From Candidatus Eiseniibacteriota bacterium (GTDB lineage: Bacteria > Eisenbacteria > RBG-16-71-46): a stretch of 64,000 nucleotides of DNA. Shown one piece after another: positions 19,170 to 27,762 of this stretch. Location of the stretch: contig CAVQXP010000004.1 in assembly GCA_963717935.1 (NCBI GenBank), forward strand, positions 1,568,001-1,632,000, given 5' to 3'. A program made the translations under genes and the position numbers. How positions within the stretch are numbered: position 1 is the stretch's first letter; each line of letters starts with the position of its first letter. The notes under the pieces were generated by a model. The model ran no database searches and had not been told where the DNA came from. It was given only the letters and a program-made list of their open reading frames with translations.

Positions 19170-19742
19170 ATGCACGTCGTCGCCATCCTGCTGGCCGCGG
19201 GCTCGTCCAGGCGATTCGGCGGGCAGAAACTGCTCGCGCCCTGGCGCGGAAGGCCGCTCTTCGAGCACGCGCTGGATGCGCTCACGTCGTCACCCGGCAT
19301 CGGCACGACCATCGTCGTGGTGCAGCCGCGCTTCCCGGTGTCGCCGGAGCGGCCGCGGTGCCGCTTCATCGTCAATCCGGATCACGAAGAGGGCATCGGC
19401 TCCTCGCTGCGCGCGGGCGTGCGGGCCGCGCCCGAGGACGCCGACGCCTACCTCGTCGCCCTCGCGGACATGCCCTGGATCACGCCGGAATTGATCGCGT
19501 CCCTGATCGCCTGCCACGCGGCGGCCGGGAAGCCGATCGTGGTCCCGGTCTACCACGGGCGACGGGGCCACCCGGTGATGATGAGCCGCGAGCTGCGCGA
19601 GCCGCTCCTTGCGGTCGCCGGGGACGTCGGAGCGCGGGAGATCATCCGCGCGCACCCGGAATGGGTCGAGGAGTTCGAGACCGGGGACGAGGCCGTCGTC
19701 TTCGACGTGGACGTGCCCGGCGACCTGGGGAGCGCGCGGTGA
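19170..19742 (+). CDS. mocA: Molybdenum cofactor cytidylyltransferase (MocA/YgfJ-like)
   Basis: ILLAAGSSRRFGGQKLL, GIGSSL, LADMP, RGHPV, GDVGAREII, DVDVPGD. Confidence 0.85.
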   Translation: MHVVAILLAAGSSRRFGGQKLLAPWRGRPLFEHALDALTSSPGIGTTIVVVQPRFPVSPERPRCRFIVNPDHEEGIGSSLRAGVRAAPEDADAYLVALADMPWITPELIASLIACHAAAGKPIVVPVYHGRRGHPVMMSRELREPLLAVAGDVGAREIIRAHPEWVEEFETGDEAVVFDVDVPGDLGSAR

Positions 19743-20569
19743 GTCGCGAGAACGGCAGGCGCGAGAAGGTGCTCATCAAGGGCGCCGGCGAACAGGCCTC
19801 GGCCACGGCGCACCGCCTGTTCCGCTGCGGCTACCGCGTGGCGATGACCGATCTCGAGCGGCCGACCGCCATCCGCCGGACGGTGTCCTTCTGCTCCGCG
19901 ATCTACGAGCGCGAGATCGAGATCGAGGGCGTGCGGGGGGCGCTGCACCGGCTCGATGATGTCCGGGCGCTCCCGGAAGGCGCGTGGGACCACGTCCCCG
20001 TCTGCGTGGATCCCGGGTCGCGGCTCGTCGCCCTCTGGCGGCCCGACGTGATCGTGGACGCACGCATCCTCAAGACGAACCTCGACAACCGCTGCGACGA
20101 CGCGCCGCTGGTCATCGGCCTGGGCCCGGGGCTCGAGGCCGGCCGGGACGTGCACTACGTGGTCGAGACCATGCGCGGGCACGACCTGGGCCGGATCATC
20201 GCGAGCGGGCCCTCGTCACGCGACACGGGGGAGCCGGGAGAGATCGGCGGCTACACGCACGAGCGTGTCGTCCGGGCCCCGGCGGACGGCGTCTTCACGA
20301 GCCCCCGGAGGATCGGCGAGCCGGTCGCGGCCGGCGAGGTCCTCGGGAGCGTGGCGGGGGTGGAGATCAAGGCCCGGATCGCGGGCGTGCTGCGCGGCCT
20401 GCTGTGGCCCGGCCTGCCGGTGACCGCAGGCTTCAAGGTGGCGGACGTGGACCCCCGCGGTGACGCTTCCATGTGCCACACGCTGTCCGACAAGGCGCGC
20501 CTCATCAGCGGCAGCGTGCTCGAGATCGTGGTGGCTCACGCCGGCCGGCGGATGCAGCGTGATCCTTGA
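19739..20569 (+). CDS. yqeB: Selenium-dependent molybdenum hydroxylase system protein YqeB
   Basis: IKGAGEQAS..AHRL, PTAIRRTVSF, IGLGPG, VETMRGHDLGRII, RAPADG, GVLRGL, KVADVDPR, SDKAR. Confidence 0.9.
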   Translation: MSRENGRREKVLIKGAGEQASATAHRLFRCGYRVAMTDLERPTAIRRTVSFCSAIYEREIEIEGVRGALHRLDDVRALPEGAWDHVPVCVDPGSRLVALWRPDVIVDARILKTNLDNRCDDAPLVIGLGPGLEAGRDVHYVVETMRGHDLGRIIASGPSSRDTGEPGEIGGYTHERVVRAPADGVFTSPRRIGEPVAAGEVLGSVAGVEIKARIAGVLRGLLWPGLPVTAGFKVADVDPRGDASMCHTLSDKARLISGSVLEIVVAHAGRRMQRDP

Positions 20570-21323
20570 CGCCTTCGGGCTGCGGGAGCGGCGCTACGTC
20601 CACCTGATCGGCGGCGGCGGCAAGACCACGCTGATGTTCGCCCTGGCTCACGCGCTGGCCGCCGAGGGGCGCTCCGTGCTTACCACGACGACCACGCGCA
20701 TCCTGTTCCCGGGGCCCGGAGAGTCGGACTGCGTCGTGCCGGGGACGGACGCTGCCTCCCTGGTCGGGCGCCTGCGCGGCGAGTTCACGACGCGCCGGCA
20801 CGTCACCGCGGTGGCTCCGGACCCGGCCGGCGGGCGGAAGGTCGGCGGACTCGCGACCGCCGTGCTCGACGCGCTCGTGGATGCGCGCGTGGCCGACCAC
20901 GTGCTGGTCGAGGCCGACGGCTCGGCCGGGCGCCCGCTCAAGGCGCACGCGGACCACGAGCCCGTGGTCTCACCGCGCGCCGACCTGGTCGTCGCGGTGA
21001 TCGGGGTGGGCTGCCTCGGCGCCCCGATGGACGACGCGCACGTGCACCGGGCCGCGCTGCTGCGCGAGCGTCTGGGCCGGCCCGCCGGAGCGTTCGTGAC
21101 GGCGGAGGACGTGGCCGCCATCGTGCTGGGCCGCGATGGCTACCTGGCGCGGGTCGCGCGCGAGGCCGAGGTCATCGTGTTCGTGAACCAGGCCGCGACG
21201 CCGCAGACGCTGGCCGAGGCGCGCCGGCTCGCGGACGCGCTGCGACGGGCGGACCCGGAGCGCCGCCTCGCGCGCCTGGTCATCGGCGACGTGCGAGCCG
21301 GGGTGTTCGAGAAGGCCGGGTAG
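20559..21323 (+). CDS. yqeC: Selenium cofactor-associated protein YqeC
   Basis: IGGGGKTTLMFALA, VLTTTTT, LVEADGSAGRPLKA...HEPV, VHR. Confidence 0.9.
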   Translation: MILDAFGLRERRYVHLIGGGGKTTLMFALAHALAAEGRSVLTTTTTRILFPGPGESDCVVPGTDAASLVGRLRGEFTTRRHVTAVAPDPAGGRKVGGLATAVLDALVDARVADHVLVEADGSAGRPLKAHADHEPVVSPRADLVVAVIGVGCLGAPMDDAHVHRAALLRERLGRPAGAFVTAEDVAAIVLGRDGYLARVAREAEVIVFVNQAATPQTLAEARRLADALRRADPERRLARLVIGDVRAGVFEKAG

Positions 21324-21418
21324 GGAAGCGTCGGGCGGTTTCGTCGAGCCGGCTGAAGATGCGACCCGGAGCGCCGCCGCGCCCGGAGCCGGTCAGCTTG
21401 CTGAGGCTGTCGGCGGGA

Positions 21419-21427
21419 TGCTACCTT
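21419..21427 (+). promoter_or_regulatory. Putative extended -10 promoter of tRNA-Cys
   Basis: TGcTACCTT 13 bp upstream of the mature tRNA. Confidence 0.5.
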
Positions 21428-21440
21428 CACTGCCCCCTGA

Positions 21441-21515
21441 GGCGGCATAGCCAAGTGGTAAGGCGAGCGCCTGCAAAGCGCTTATTCCCCGGTTCGAATC
21501 CGGGTGCCGCCTCCA
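21441..21515 (+). tRNA. tRNA-Cys (GCA)
   Basis: Acceptor stem GGCGGCA/TGCCGCC, D arm GCC-AAGTGGTAA-GGC, anticodon stem AGCGC/GCGCT with loop CTGCAAA, T arm CCGG-TTCGAAT-CCGG, discriminator T, encoded CCA. Confidence 0.97.
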
Positions 21516-21686
21516 ACATCCCCTGTCGATCACCGCATCCGGACGCGAGCGGGACCAGCCAGTCCCTCGGTGCTCTGCCCCTTGGTTGACGCCTGGGTCC
21601 CCGGTGCGGTGAACTCCCGGAACTGGTCATGCGCCGGACCTCGGTCTGTTCCGATCCGGGCCCGACAAGACGAGGAGGAGGGGACG

Positions 21687-23027
21687 ATGCGAGGTGCAGC
21701 TTGCACGGCGGTGATTCTCCTCACGACGGGGCTCGCGGCTGGCGCCTTCCGCCCAGTCATTGGCGCGGTCGCCAGCGATACCCGGGATCCCTGTCGTGAG
21801 GTGCGCACCCCTAGTCCCGATGTGGGCCATGCGGGCCTGTGGACCCGCTTCGACCTCACAGGGCATTCCAGCGTGTACATCCCGGACTGCGTCGTGGCCC
21901 CTCGAGTACTCAATCCACCCCCGGCCGGCTGTTCGAACCTGGTCGACGGCGTGGTGCGACGGATGCCGGACATGATTGCCGCCCTTGTCGACCGTCGCGT
22001 GTTCCCGGTGGTAGAGCGACGTGCACCGCGGGGCGGGGAGCGCGGGCTCGTCATGCAGATCGAGATCCAGCAGTACGTGCCGTCGTCCCAGTTGGGGTTC
22101 GTCGTGCGACTGCGGTCGACCGAGGGCGACGAGAGGATTCCTCCGCTCTCGCCAGATGTGAACTGGGTTGTGGGCGGTGACTGCGAGTCCGATCCCGGTT
22201 CTGGCGAGTTCAATGTCGCGAAGGGCAGTTACTCCGTGTCATGTGGCTATTGCTCATTCTCTTCGAAGCCGTTGGACTTCAGTCAGAGGTTCTCCGATGA
22301 GACGTACCGGGTCGAGAGTGGTGCTTGGACGCATCTCTGGATAGAGGCTCGTTTCTTCGAGCGTCCGGTGAGAATGGAGCCAGTGTCTGCTGGACAGATT
22401 CTCACGCTGGGTGATTCAGGGCCACTCATCGTGTGGGTCACCGATTCGGCGCGCACGCGGTTGGATCAGTATGGCGGCTGCGTTGCCGTGCTCCGGTCCG
22501 ATTCGTCGGTGCCGTCGGTCGCGATGAGGTGCGCCGTGTGGGGTCGTAACGGTGCTGCTGCTGAGTGCGATGCCGCTGCACAGGTTGCCGCCTGGCTGTC
22601 TCTCTGTAAGGGCGTTGAGGCTTCAGTGATCAGCGCTCACATGGCCGAGGCCAGGCACGCGGCGGAGCCGGCTGGGCCGCACGGGACAGTCCAATTCGTC
22701 AGGAGGAAGTCGATCCGCAGCGGCTCCAGCGCCAGGAACGCGGCGGTCGTGGAGATCGATGGCGTCTGCCTCGGCGTGCTGGAAAGGGGCGGAGTCCTTA
22801 CCGCACACGTGGCTCCTGGAGCCCACAAGGCGTGTCTCTTCAGGGATGGCCGCGAGGTGGTTCGCCCCGTGCAGGTGGAGGCGGGTAAGACGTACGTCCT
22901 GGACGTGGAGTTCACCCTGATTGCCACGAGCCTCTCAAAGCCCAATGAGAGCTCAGAGGACAAGAGAGGGAGCTTCTGCGATCTGGGTGCGGTGGACTTG
23001 GCTGGGGTCGGCGTGCAAGGACCATGA
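21687..23027 (+). CDS. Hypothetical secreted Cys-rich protein with a possible C-terminal DUF2846-like beta domain
   Basis: GAGGAGG RBS before ATG; hydrophobic N-terminus; C-terminal VEIDGVCLG.L..GG...HVAPGAH...VEAGKTY; atypical codon usage. Confidence 0.55.
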   Translation: MRGAACTAVILLTTGLAAGAFRPVIGAVASDTRDPCREVRTPSPDVGHAGLWTRFDLTGHSSVYIPDCVVAPRVLNPPPAGCSNLVDGVVRRMPDMIAALVDRRVFPVVERRAPRGGERGLVMQIEIQQYVPSSQLGFVVRLRSTEGDERIPPLSPDVNWVVGGDCESDPGSGEFNVAKGSYSVSCGYCSFSSKPLDFSQRFSDETYRVESGAWTHLWIEARFFERPVRMEPVSAGQILTLGDSGPLIVWVTDSARTRLDQYGGCVAVLRSDSSVPSVAMRCAVWGRNGAAAECDAAAQVAAWLSLCKGVEASVISAHMAEARHAAEPAGPHGTVQFVRRKSIRSGSSARNAAVVEIDGVCLGVLERGGVLTAHVAPGAHKACLFRDGREVVRPVQVEAGKTYVLDVEFTLIATSLSKPNESSEDKRGSFCDLGAVDLAGVGVQGP

Positions 23028-23248
23028 GTCGTCCGCAAGTCGCGCCCAGGGGCGCCTGATTGGCGCTGCTGAACCGCGCCGGGTTCTCCGGGGGGCTCGT
23101 CACCTGCGTGCAACCCGTTCGGTCGGGGACTGCCGTCGGTCCGTTCAATCTTGAGATCGTCCCTCACGCGCCGGGCGAATCGGGGCTTACCCAGCCGATC
23201 CGCGGGATTTGGTGGTAGACCCGCGCGAGCTTCCAATTGACCCCTGCA

Positions 23249-23277
23249 CCCCGGTTCGAATCCGGGTGCCGCCTCCA
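23249..23277 (+). repeat. Duplicate of the tRNA-Cys 3' end (attR-like)
   Basis: 29/29 identity to 21487-21515, covering the T arm, acceptor 3' strand and CCA. Confidence 0.95.
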
Positions 23278-23418
23278 GAATCGCGTCGCACAGCCCGTTG
23301 CGCTGCCCCCCCTGCAACTCGCTCGACCTGGCTGCCATGTCCCGGCACATCGTCCACGCCTGATCCGACTTGCGCGACGGCCCAGCGCCCGCGCACCGCG
23401 CGCGGGTGTTCGCCTGCT

Positions 23419-24418
23419 TCAGCGGCCGCGCTTCCGTCCCCGGGGACCGGCGTCCGGCGGTCCGGTCACGCCGGCCAGCCAATGCACGGTGTTCAGCACG
23501 AGCCGCGAATTGTGCGCTGCCTCGGGCGCGTTCATGCCCGCGGGCATTCGCTCGGCGCCCGGCCAGTTGCGCCGTGAGCATCGCGGCCTCGCCGAACACC
23601 ACCACGCGGCCGCGGCCATGCCTGAGCGCCGCGCCGACCAGCATGCCGTCGGCGCGGATCTGCGGCATGAGGGGCGAGAACTGCCACGCCACCTCGGGAA
23701 GCAGCAGGATCGAGCCGCTCTCCATCACTAGCAGCGTGTCTACCGGGAGGGTGGTCCGGAAGGCCTCTCCCGTATACACCGCGATCGAGTCCACGCGCTC
23801 GCCGGGGCCACGCCCATCGGTCACCGGGTGGGCATGGAGCAGCCCGTCGCTGCGGCGCAGCATGAAGTTCATCTGCCCGCTCGCGTCCCGGGCGAAGCCG
23901 TTCGACAGGAGCACGCCGAACGCCGCCGCGAGGCCCTCGGCGGCGCCGCCAAACGGCAGATGGTCGGCAACCAGCAGCAGCGAGCCGCCATCGCGCACCC
24001 AGCCTTCCACCACGCGCACCTCGCTGGTGTCGAAGGCCGTCAACACGGGCAGGTTCCAGTCCTCCAGGTTCCGCTCCGCAAGCGCGTTCGAGACCACGAG
24101 CACGCGGGCGGAGTCGAGGCTGGCGCGTGTGAAGGGGCCGGCGTGGGGGCGGGGCACGAACCCATCGCGCGCCACGAGCCGCGCGAACGGCGCGTAGCGT
24201 CCGCCGAGCGTGTGGAAGTTATGATGACCTTCGTCGATCAGCACCACCGGGCCCGTGCCGGGCGCGAAGGCCGGTGATGCAATCGGAGGAGCGAACGTGG
24301 TGTCGGGGACCTGCTGGGCGAGCGCGGGAGGCACGACCAGGAGGGTCAGCAGCGCGGTGGCGAAGAGGGGGCTCAGTGCAAGGCGACGCGGCGAGAGCAC
24401 AGGCACGAGATCCTCCAA
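23419..24418 (-). CDS. Secreted GATase-like fold protein (DUF4350-like); frameshift near 23559
   Basis: Signal peptide ALA-QQVPDT; VLIDEGHHNFHT, GGSLLLVADHLPF, GRGRVVVFGEAAM; continuation GMNAPEA.HN...LNTVHWL in a shifted frame. Confidence 0.65.
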
Positions 24419-24832
24419 GGACGAGAGAGCAGGATGGCCGGGTGCGAACGGTAGAGACTATGCTCGGCCGGGCGCCCCGGTCCAGCGCGGCGGGCCGGAC
24501 CCGTGCGCGCCCGCCTGTCTTGATGACGGTCGTTCTCACGCTGGGCGGAACCAGGGCAACCCGGCGGGTGCCGGACCGCGTTGCACGTCGGGGGTCTGCA
24601 TGACGCGATTCCCGACCCGCCGGGTTCGGTGGTCCTCGATCAGGATGATGGTCGGCTCCCGGCGCCGTGCAGCCTGTTCACCCGGCGTGAATTGACGGTC
24701 GGAGTCGCAACCGCCAGGATGTTGCTCGATTCACGGCTCCCGGCGTGAGCTGGCCGGCTACCGCGCATCGGCCCCGACGCGGAGCCTGACTGCCCCGCTG
24801 TCGAGGCCCCCGCTCTGCGACGAGGAGAGACC

Positions 24833-25720
24833 ATGGAACGGATCCGTGTGGCATCCCTGCAGTACTTCATCCGCCCCGTCGCCAGCTTCGAGGCGTTCCG
24901 GGCGCAGGTGGAGGGCATGGTCGACACGGCGGCCGACTACAAGTGCCGGCTGATCGTGTTCCCGGAGTACTTCACGCTCCAGCTCCTGACGCTCGGGGAC
25001 ATCCGCCGGCCGCTCCCGGAGCAGGTCGCCGGGCTCGCCGGCGAGGTGGACCGCTTCGTCGAGATGATGGGCGGGTTTGCGCGCCGGCACGGCATCTACA
25101 TCTGCGCGGGCACGATCCCGGTCCGGGGGAACGGGGCCTCCATCGTGCGCAACGAGTCGTTCTTCTTCGGCCCGAAGGGGGAGTACCGGTCCCAGAGCAA
25201 GATCCACATGACGCGGTTCGAGTCCGAGGAGTGGTTCGTGAGCCCCGGCGACCACCTGCGGCTCTTCGAGACGTCATTCGGGAAGCTCGCCATCACGATC
25301 TGCTACGACGTCGAGTTCCCCGAGCTCGCCCGGGTGGCCGCCCGCGCCGGCGCCGACATTCTGCTCGTGCCCAGTTGCACCGACGACCGCCAGGGGTTCC
25401 TGCGGGTGCGTTACTGCGCGCACGCGCGAACCATCGAGAACCAGATCTACGTCGTCCACGCCTCGACGGTCGGATCGCTGCCGATGGTGCCTGCCGTCTC
25501 GCTGAACTACGGACAGGCGGCGATCCTCACGCCGAGCGACTTCCCCTTCGCGCGGGACGGCATCCTGGCCGAGGGGGTTCACAACCAGGAGACCATGGTC
25601 ATCGGGGAGCTGAACTTCGCGACGCTCCGCGAGGCCCGTCGCACGGGGACCGTGCTGCCGTTGCGCGACAGCCAGCACACCGCCGACGTCGCGAGCGCGC
25701 TGGAGGTGACCGCCCTGTGA
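24833..25720 (+). CDS. Carbon-nitrogen hydrolase (nitrilase superfamily)
   Basis: Catalytic triad motifs VFPEY, SKIHMT, ICYDVEFPE; LRVRYCAHARTIENQ. Confidence 0.92.
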   Translation: MERIRVASLQYFIRPVASFEAFRAQVEGMVDTAADYKCRLIVFPEYFTLQLLTLGDIRRPLPEQVAGLAGEVDRFVEMMGGFARRHGIYICAGTIPVRGNGASIVRNESFFFGPKGEYRSQSKIHMTRFESEEWFVSPGDHLRLFETSFGKLAITICYDVEFPELARVAARAGADILLVPSCTDDRQGFLRVRYCAHARTIENQIYVVHASTVGSLPMVPAVSLNYGQAAILTPSDFPFARDGILAEGVHNQETMVIGELNFATLREARRTGTVLPLRDSQHTADVASALEVTAL

Positions 25721-26404
25721 CGCTTCCCCGGCCCCGTGTCCGCGTTCGGAACTCCGAGACGCGGGACTTCGACGGGATCATCGCGCTCGACGAGTCGCGT
25801 CTACCCGGAGAGCGCTCCTTGGAGCGCTGAGCAGCTCGCATCACACCTGCGCGTCTTTCCGGAGGGGCAGTTCGTGGCGGAGCGGGACGGGCATCCGGGG
25901 ATCGCGGGGATGGCGGCCAGCCTGATCGTCCGCTGGGACGACTACGAGCCGACCGGCTCGTGGCGTGATTTCACGAGCTCGGGGAGCTTCGCGAACCACG
26001 ACCCCGTGAGGGGCAGGACGCTCTACGGGGCCGAGGTCATGGTGGACCCGTCGATCCAGCGCTCGGGCGTGGGGGCCGCGCTCTATCGCGCCCGCCGCGA
26101 CCTGGCGATCCGGCTCGGCCTGTTGCGGATCCGGGCTGCGGGGCGCCTGCGGGGCTACCATCGTTACGCGCACCGCATGAGCGCTGAGGAGTACGTCCAG
26201 CGCGTGGTGCGCGGGGAGCTCCGGGGCCCGACGCTGTCGTTCCAGCTTCGCGAAGGTTTCCAGGTGATCCAGGTGGTGTCCGGCTACCTCAAGTCGGACC
26301 CCGAGAGCCTCGGCTACGCGGTGCTCATCGAGTGGCTCAATCCTGTACTCGCGCGCGAGACCGATCACGCGGGACGGAATCCGCGCTTCCATCCGTCGGG
26401 CTGA
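25717..26404 (+). CDS. GNAT family N-acetyltransferase; frameshift near 25790
   Basis: GTGA overlap start; VYP...W..EQLASHLRVFPEGQFVAE, TLYGAEVMVDP..QRSGVG..LY..R, D.ESLGYA.LIEWLNP. Confidence 0.82.
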
Positions 26405-26504
26405 TCTCCCCGCGTCGCGGACGGTTTGCCGTGCGGTGGGCGGTGACGCGGTTGACCGGCTTCGGAGAGGCTGCCAGCATGCCCCGGCATGCCGCGGGCG
26501 CTGC

Positions 26505-26641
26505 CGCGCCGCGCGTGGCGCGAATCGCGCGAGGAGGAGGAGGTTCGCATGAGCTTCAGGGCGGTCTGGGACTTCGTCATCGCCAGGGTGGGTGCGGAGC
26601 CGTTCACCGTCGGTACGGTGGTCACGGCGGTCGCCCTGATC
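26505..26641 (+). repeat. Copy A of a diverged ~137-bp direct repeat (nhaP 3'-end-like sequence plus mscS 5' end)
   Basis: Aligns to 33306-33441; shares the identical core gtcatcgccagggtgggtgcggagccgttcaccgtcggtacg. Confidence 0.9.
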
Positions 26642-27424
26642 GTGGCCGGGTACGTGATCTCGCGCCTGCTGAGCCGCGCCCTCGTGCGCCTGCTCTCGCG
26701 GCGGGCCCGGATGGACGAGGGGGCGAGCACCGCCATCCAGACGCTCGGCTTCTACGTCCTGTTCGTGGTCTTCGTGTTCACGTCGCTCACACTGTCCAAC
26801 TTCCCGATGACCATCTTCACGATCGCGGGCGGCGCCGTCGCGATCGGCGTCGGGTTCGGCAGCCAGCAGGTCCTGCGGAACTGGATCAGCGGGATCATCC
26901 TGCACCTCGAGCGCCCGATCCGGGCCGGAGACCTGGTCGAGGTCGAGGGCACGCACGGGACCGTGGAGAACATCGGGACGCGAAGCACGCGCATCCGGGC
27001 CGTCAACAACACGCACATCATCCTTCCCAACAGCTTCTTCCTCGACAACACGGTGGTGAACTTCACGCTCTCGGACGACATCATCCGCACGAGCGTGCGG
27101 GTCGGCGTGGTCTACGGTTCGCGGACGCGTGAGGTCGAGCGCATCCTGAGACGGGTGGTCGAAGAGAACCCGTTGATCCTCAAGGACCACGAGCCCCGCA
27201 TCGTGTTCGCCGATTTCGGCCCCAGTTCGCTCGAATTCGAGGTCTACTTCTGGATCCGGGCGAAGGCGATCATCGACCGGCGCATGGTCGAGAGCGCGGT
27301 GCGCTACCGGATCGACGAGTTGTTCCGCGAGGCCGGCATCGTCATCGCCTTCCCGCAGCGCGACGTCCACCTGGATCTAGCGGCGCCGATCGACGTGCGA
27401 CTGCTCGATCGCGGAGCCTCGTGA
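26549..27424 (+). CDS. mscS: Small-conductance mechanosensitive channel, MscS family
   Basis: GGAVAIGVGFGSQ..L.NWISGIIL..ERPIRAGD.VEV, IGTRST, ILPNS, VGVVYGS, IAFPQRDVHL; GGAGG RBS. Confidence 0.92.
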   Translation: MSFRAVWDFVIARVGAEPFTVGTVVTAVALIVAGYVISRLLSRALVRLLSRRARMDEGASTAIQTLGFYVLFVVFVFTSLTLSNFPMTIFTIAGGAVAIGVGFGSQQVLRNWISGIILHLERPIRAGDLVEVEGTHGTVENIGTRSTRIRAVNNTHIILPNSFFLDNTVVNFTLSDDIIRTSVRVGVVYGSRTREVERILRRVVEENPLILKDHEPRIVFADFGPSSLEFEVYFWIRAKAIIDRRMVESAVRYRIDELFREAGIVIAFPQRDVHLDLAAPIDVRLLDRGAS

Positions 27425-27762
27425 CGGCCCGCGGAATGGCGTGCATCCTGTCGCTCGCCTTCGGGGTCCGGGCATCCGGACCGAGCATGGATTCGACGTC
27501 GGTCCCGTTCTCGGACGAGTCCGAGCTGAAGTGCGGCCGCTCCTGAAGCGCGTTCCCGCCCCTGCTCGACGAACTCGCCGGGGGTGCGGCTCCCGTGCGA
27601 GCCGTGGCGTCGGCGGTGGCTGTGGTCGAGCCGCCAGGTTCCGGTCTTGCGGCGGTATCCCCCTGAGGGGCCTCGTGATGGCGTCGGAACGGTAGGGGGG
27701 CCGGATCGAGGCCGGTCTGTGCTAGGCTCGCGCCTCCGTAGGGCCACCCCCGGAGGGAACCG

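Larger units (their letters stand above)
21487..23277. mobile_element. Small tRNA-Cys-anchored genomic islet bounded by att-like direct repeats; no integrase
   Basis: Identical 29-mer ccccggttcgaatccgggtgccgcctcca at 21487-21515 and 23249-23277; enclosed ORF is visibly less GC-rich than the flanks. Confidence 0.8.

Noticed and set aside
13884..21323. Selenocysteine (UGA readthrough) in the yqeB/yqeC-associated genes
   Set aside because: No in-frame TGA at a Cys-equivalent position was found. The xdhD break is a frameshift, and TGA stops coincide with normal gene ends or overlaps.
23230..23277. Second tRNA gene
   Set aside because: Only the T arm and acceptor 3' strand are present, with no D or anticodon arm; treated as an att-like repeat.
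27441..27695. Short ORF between mscS and UPF0182 (similar short ORFs at 24420-24830)
   Set aside because: No RBS or family motif; possibly decayed gene remnants, but unsupported.
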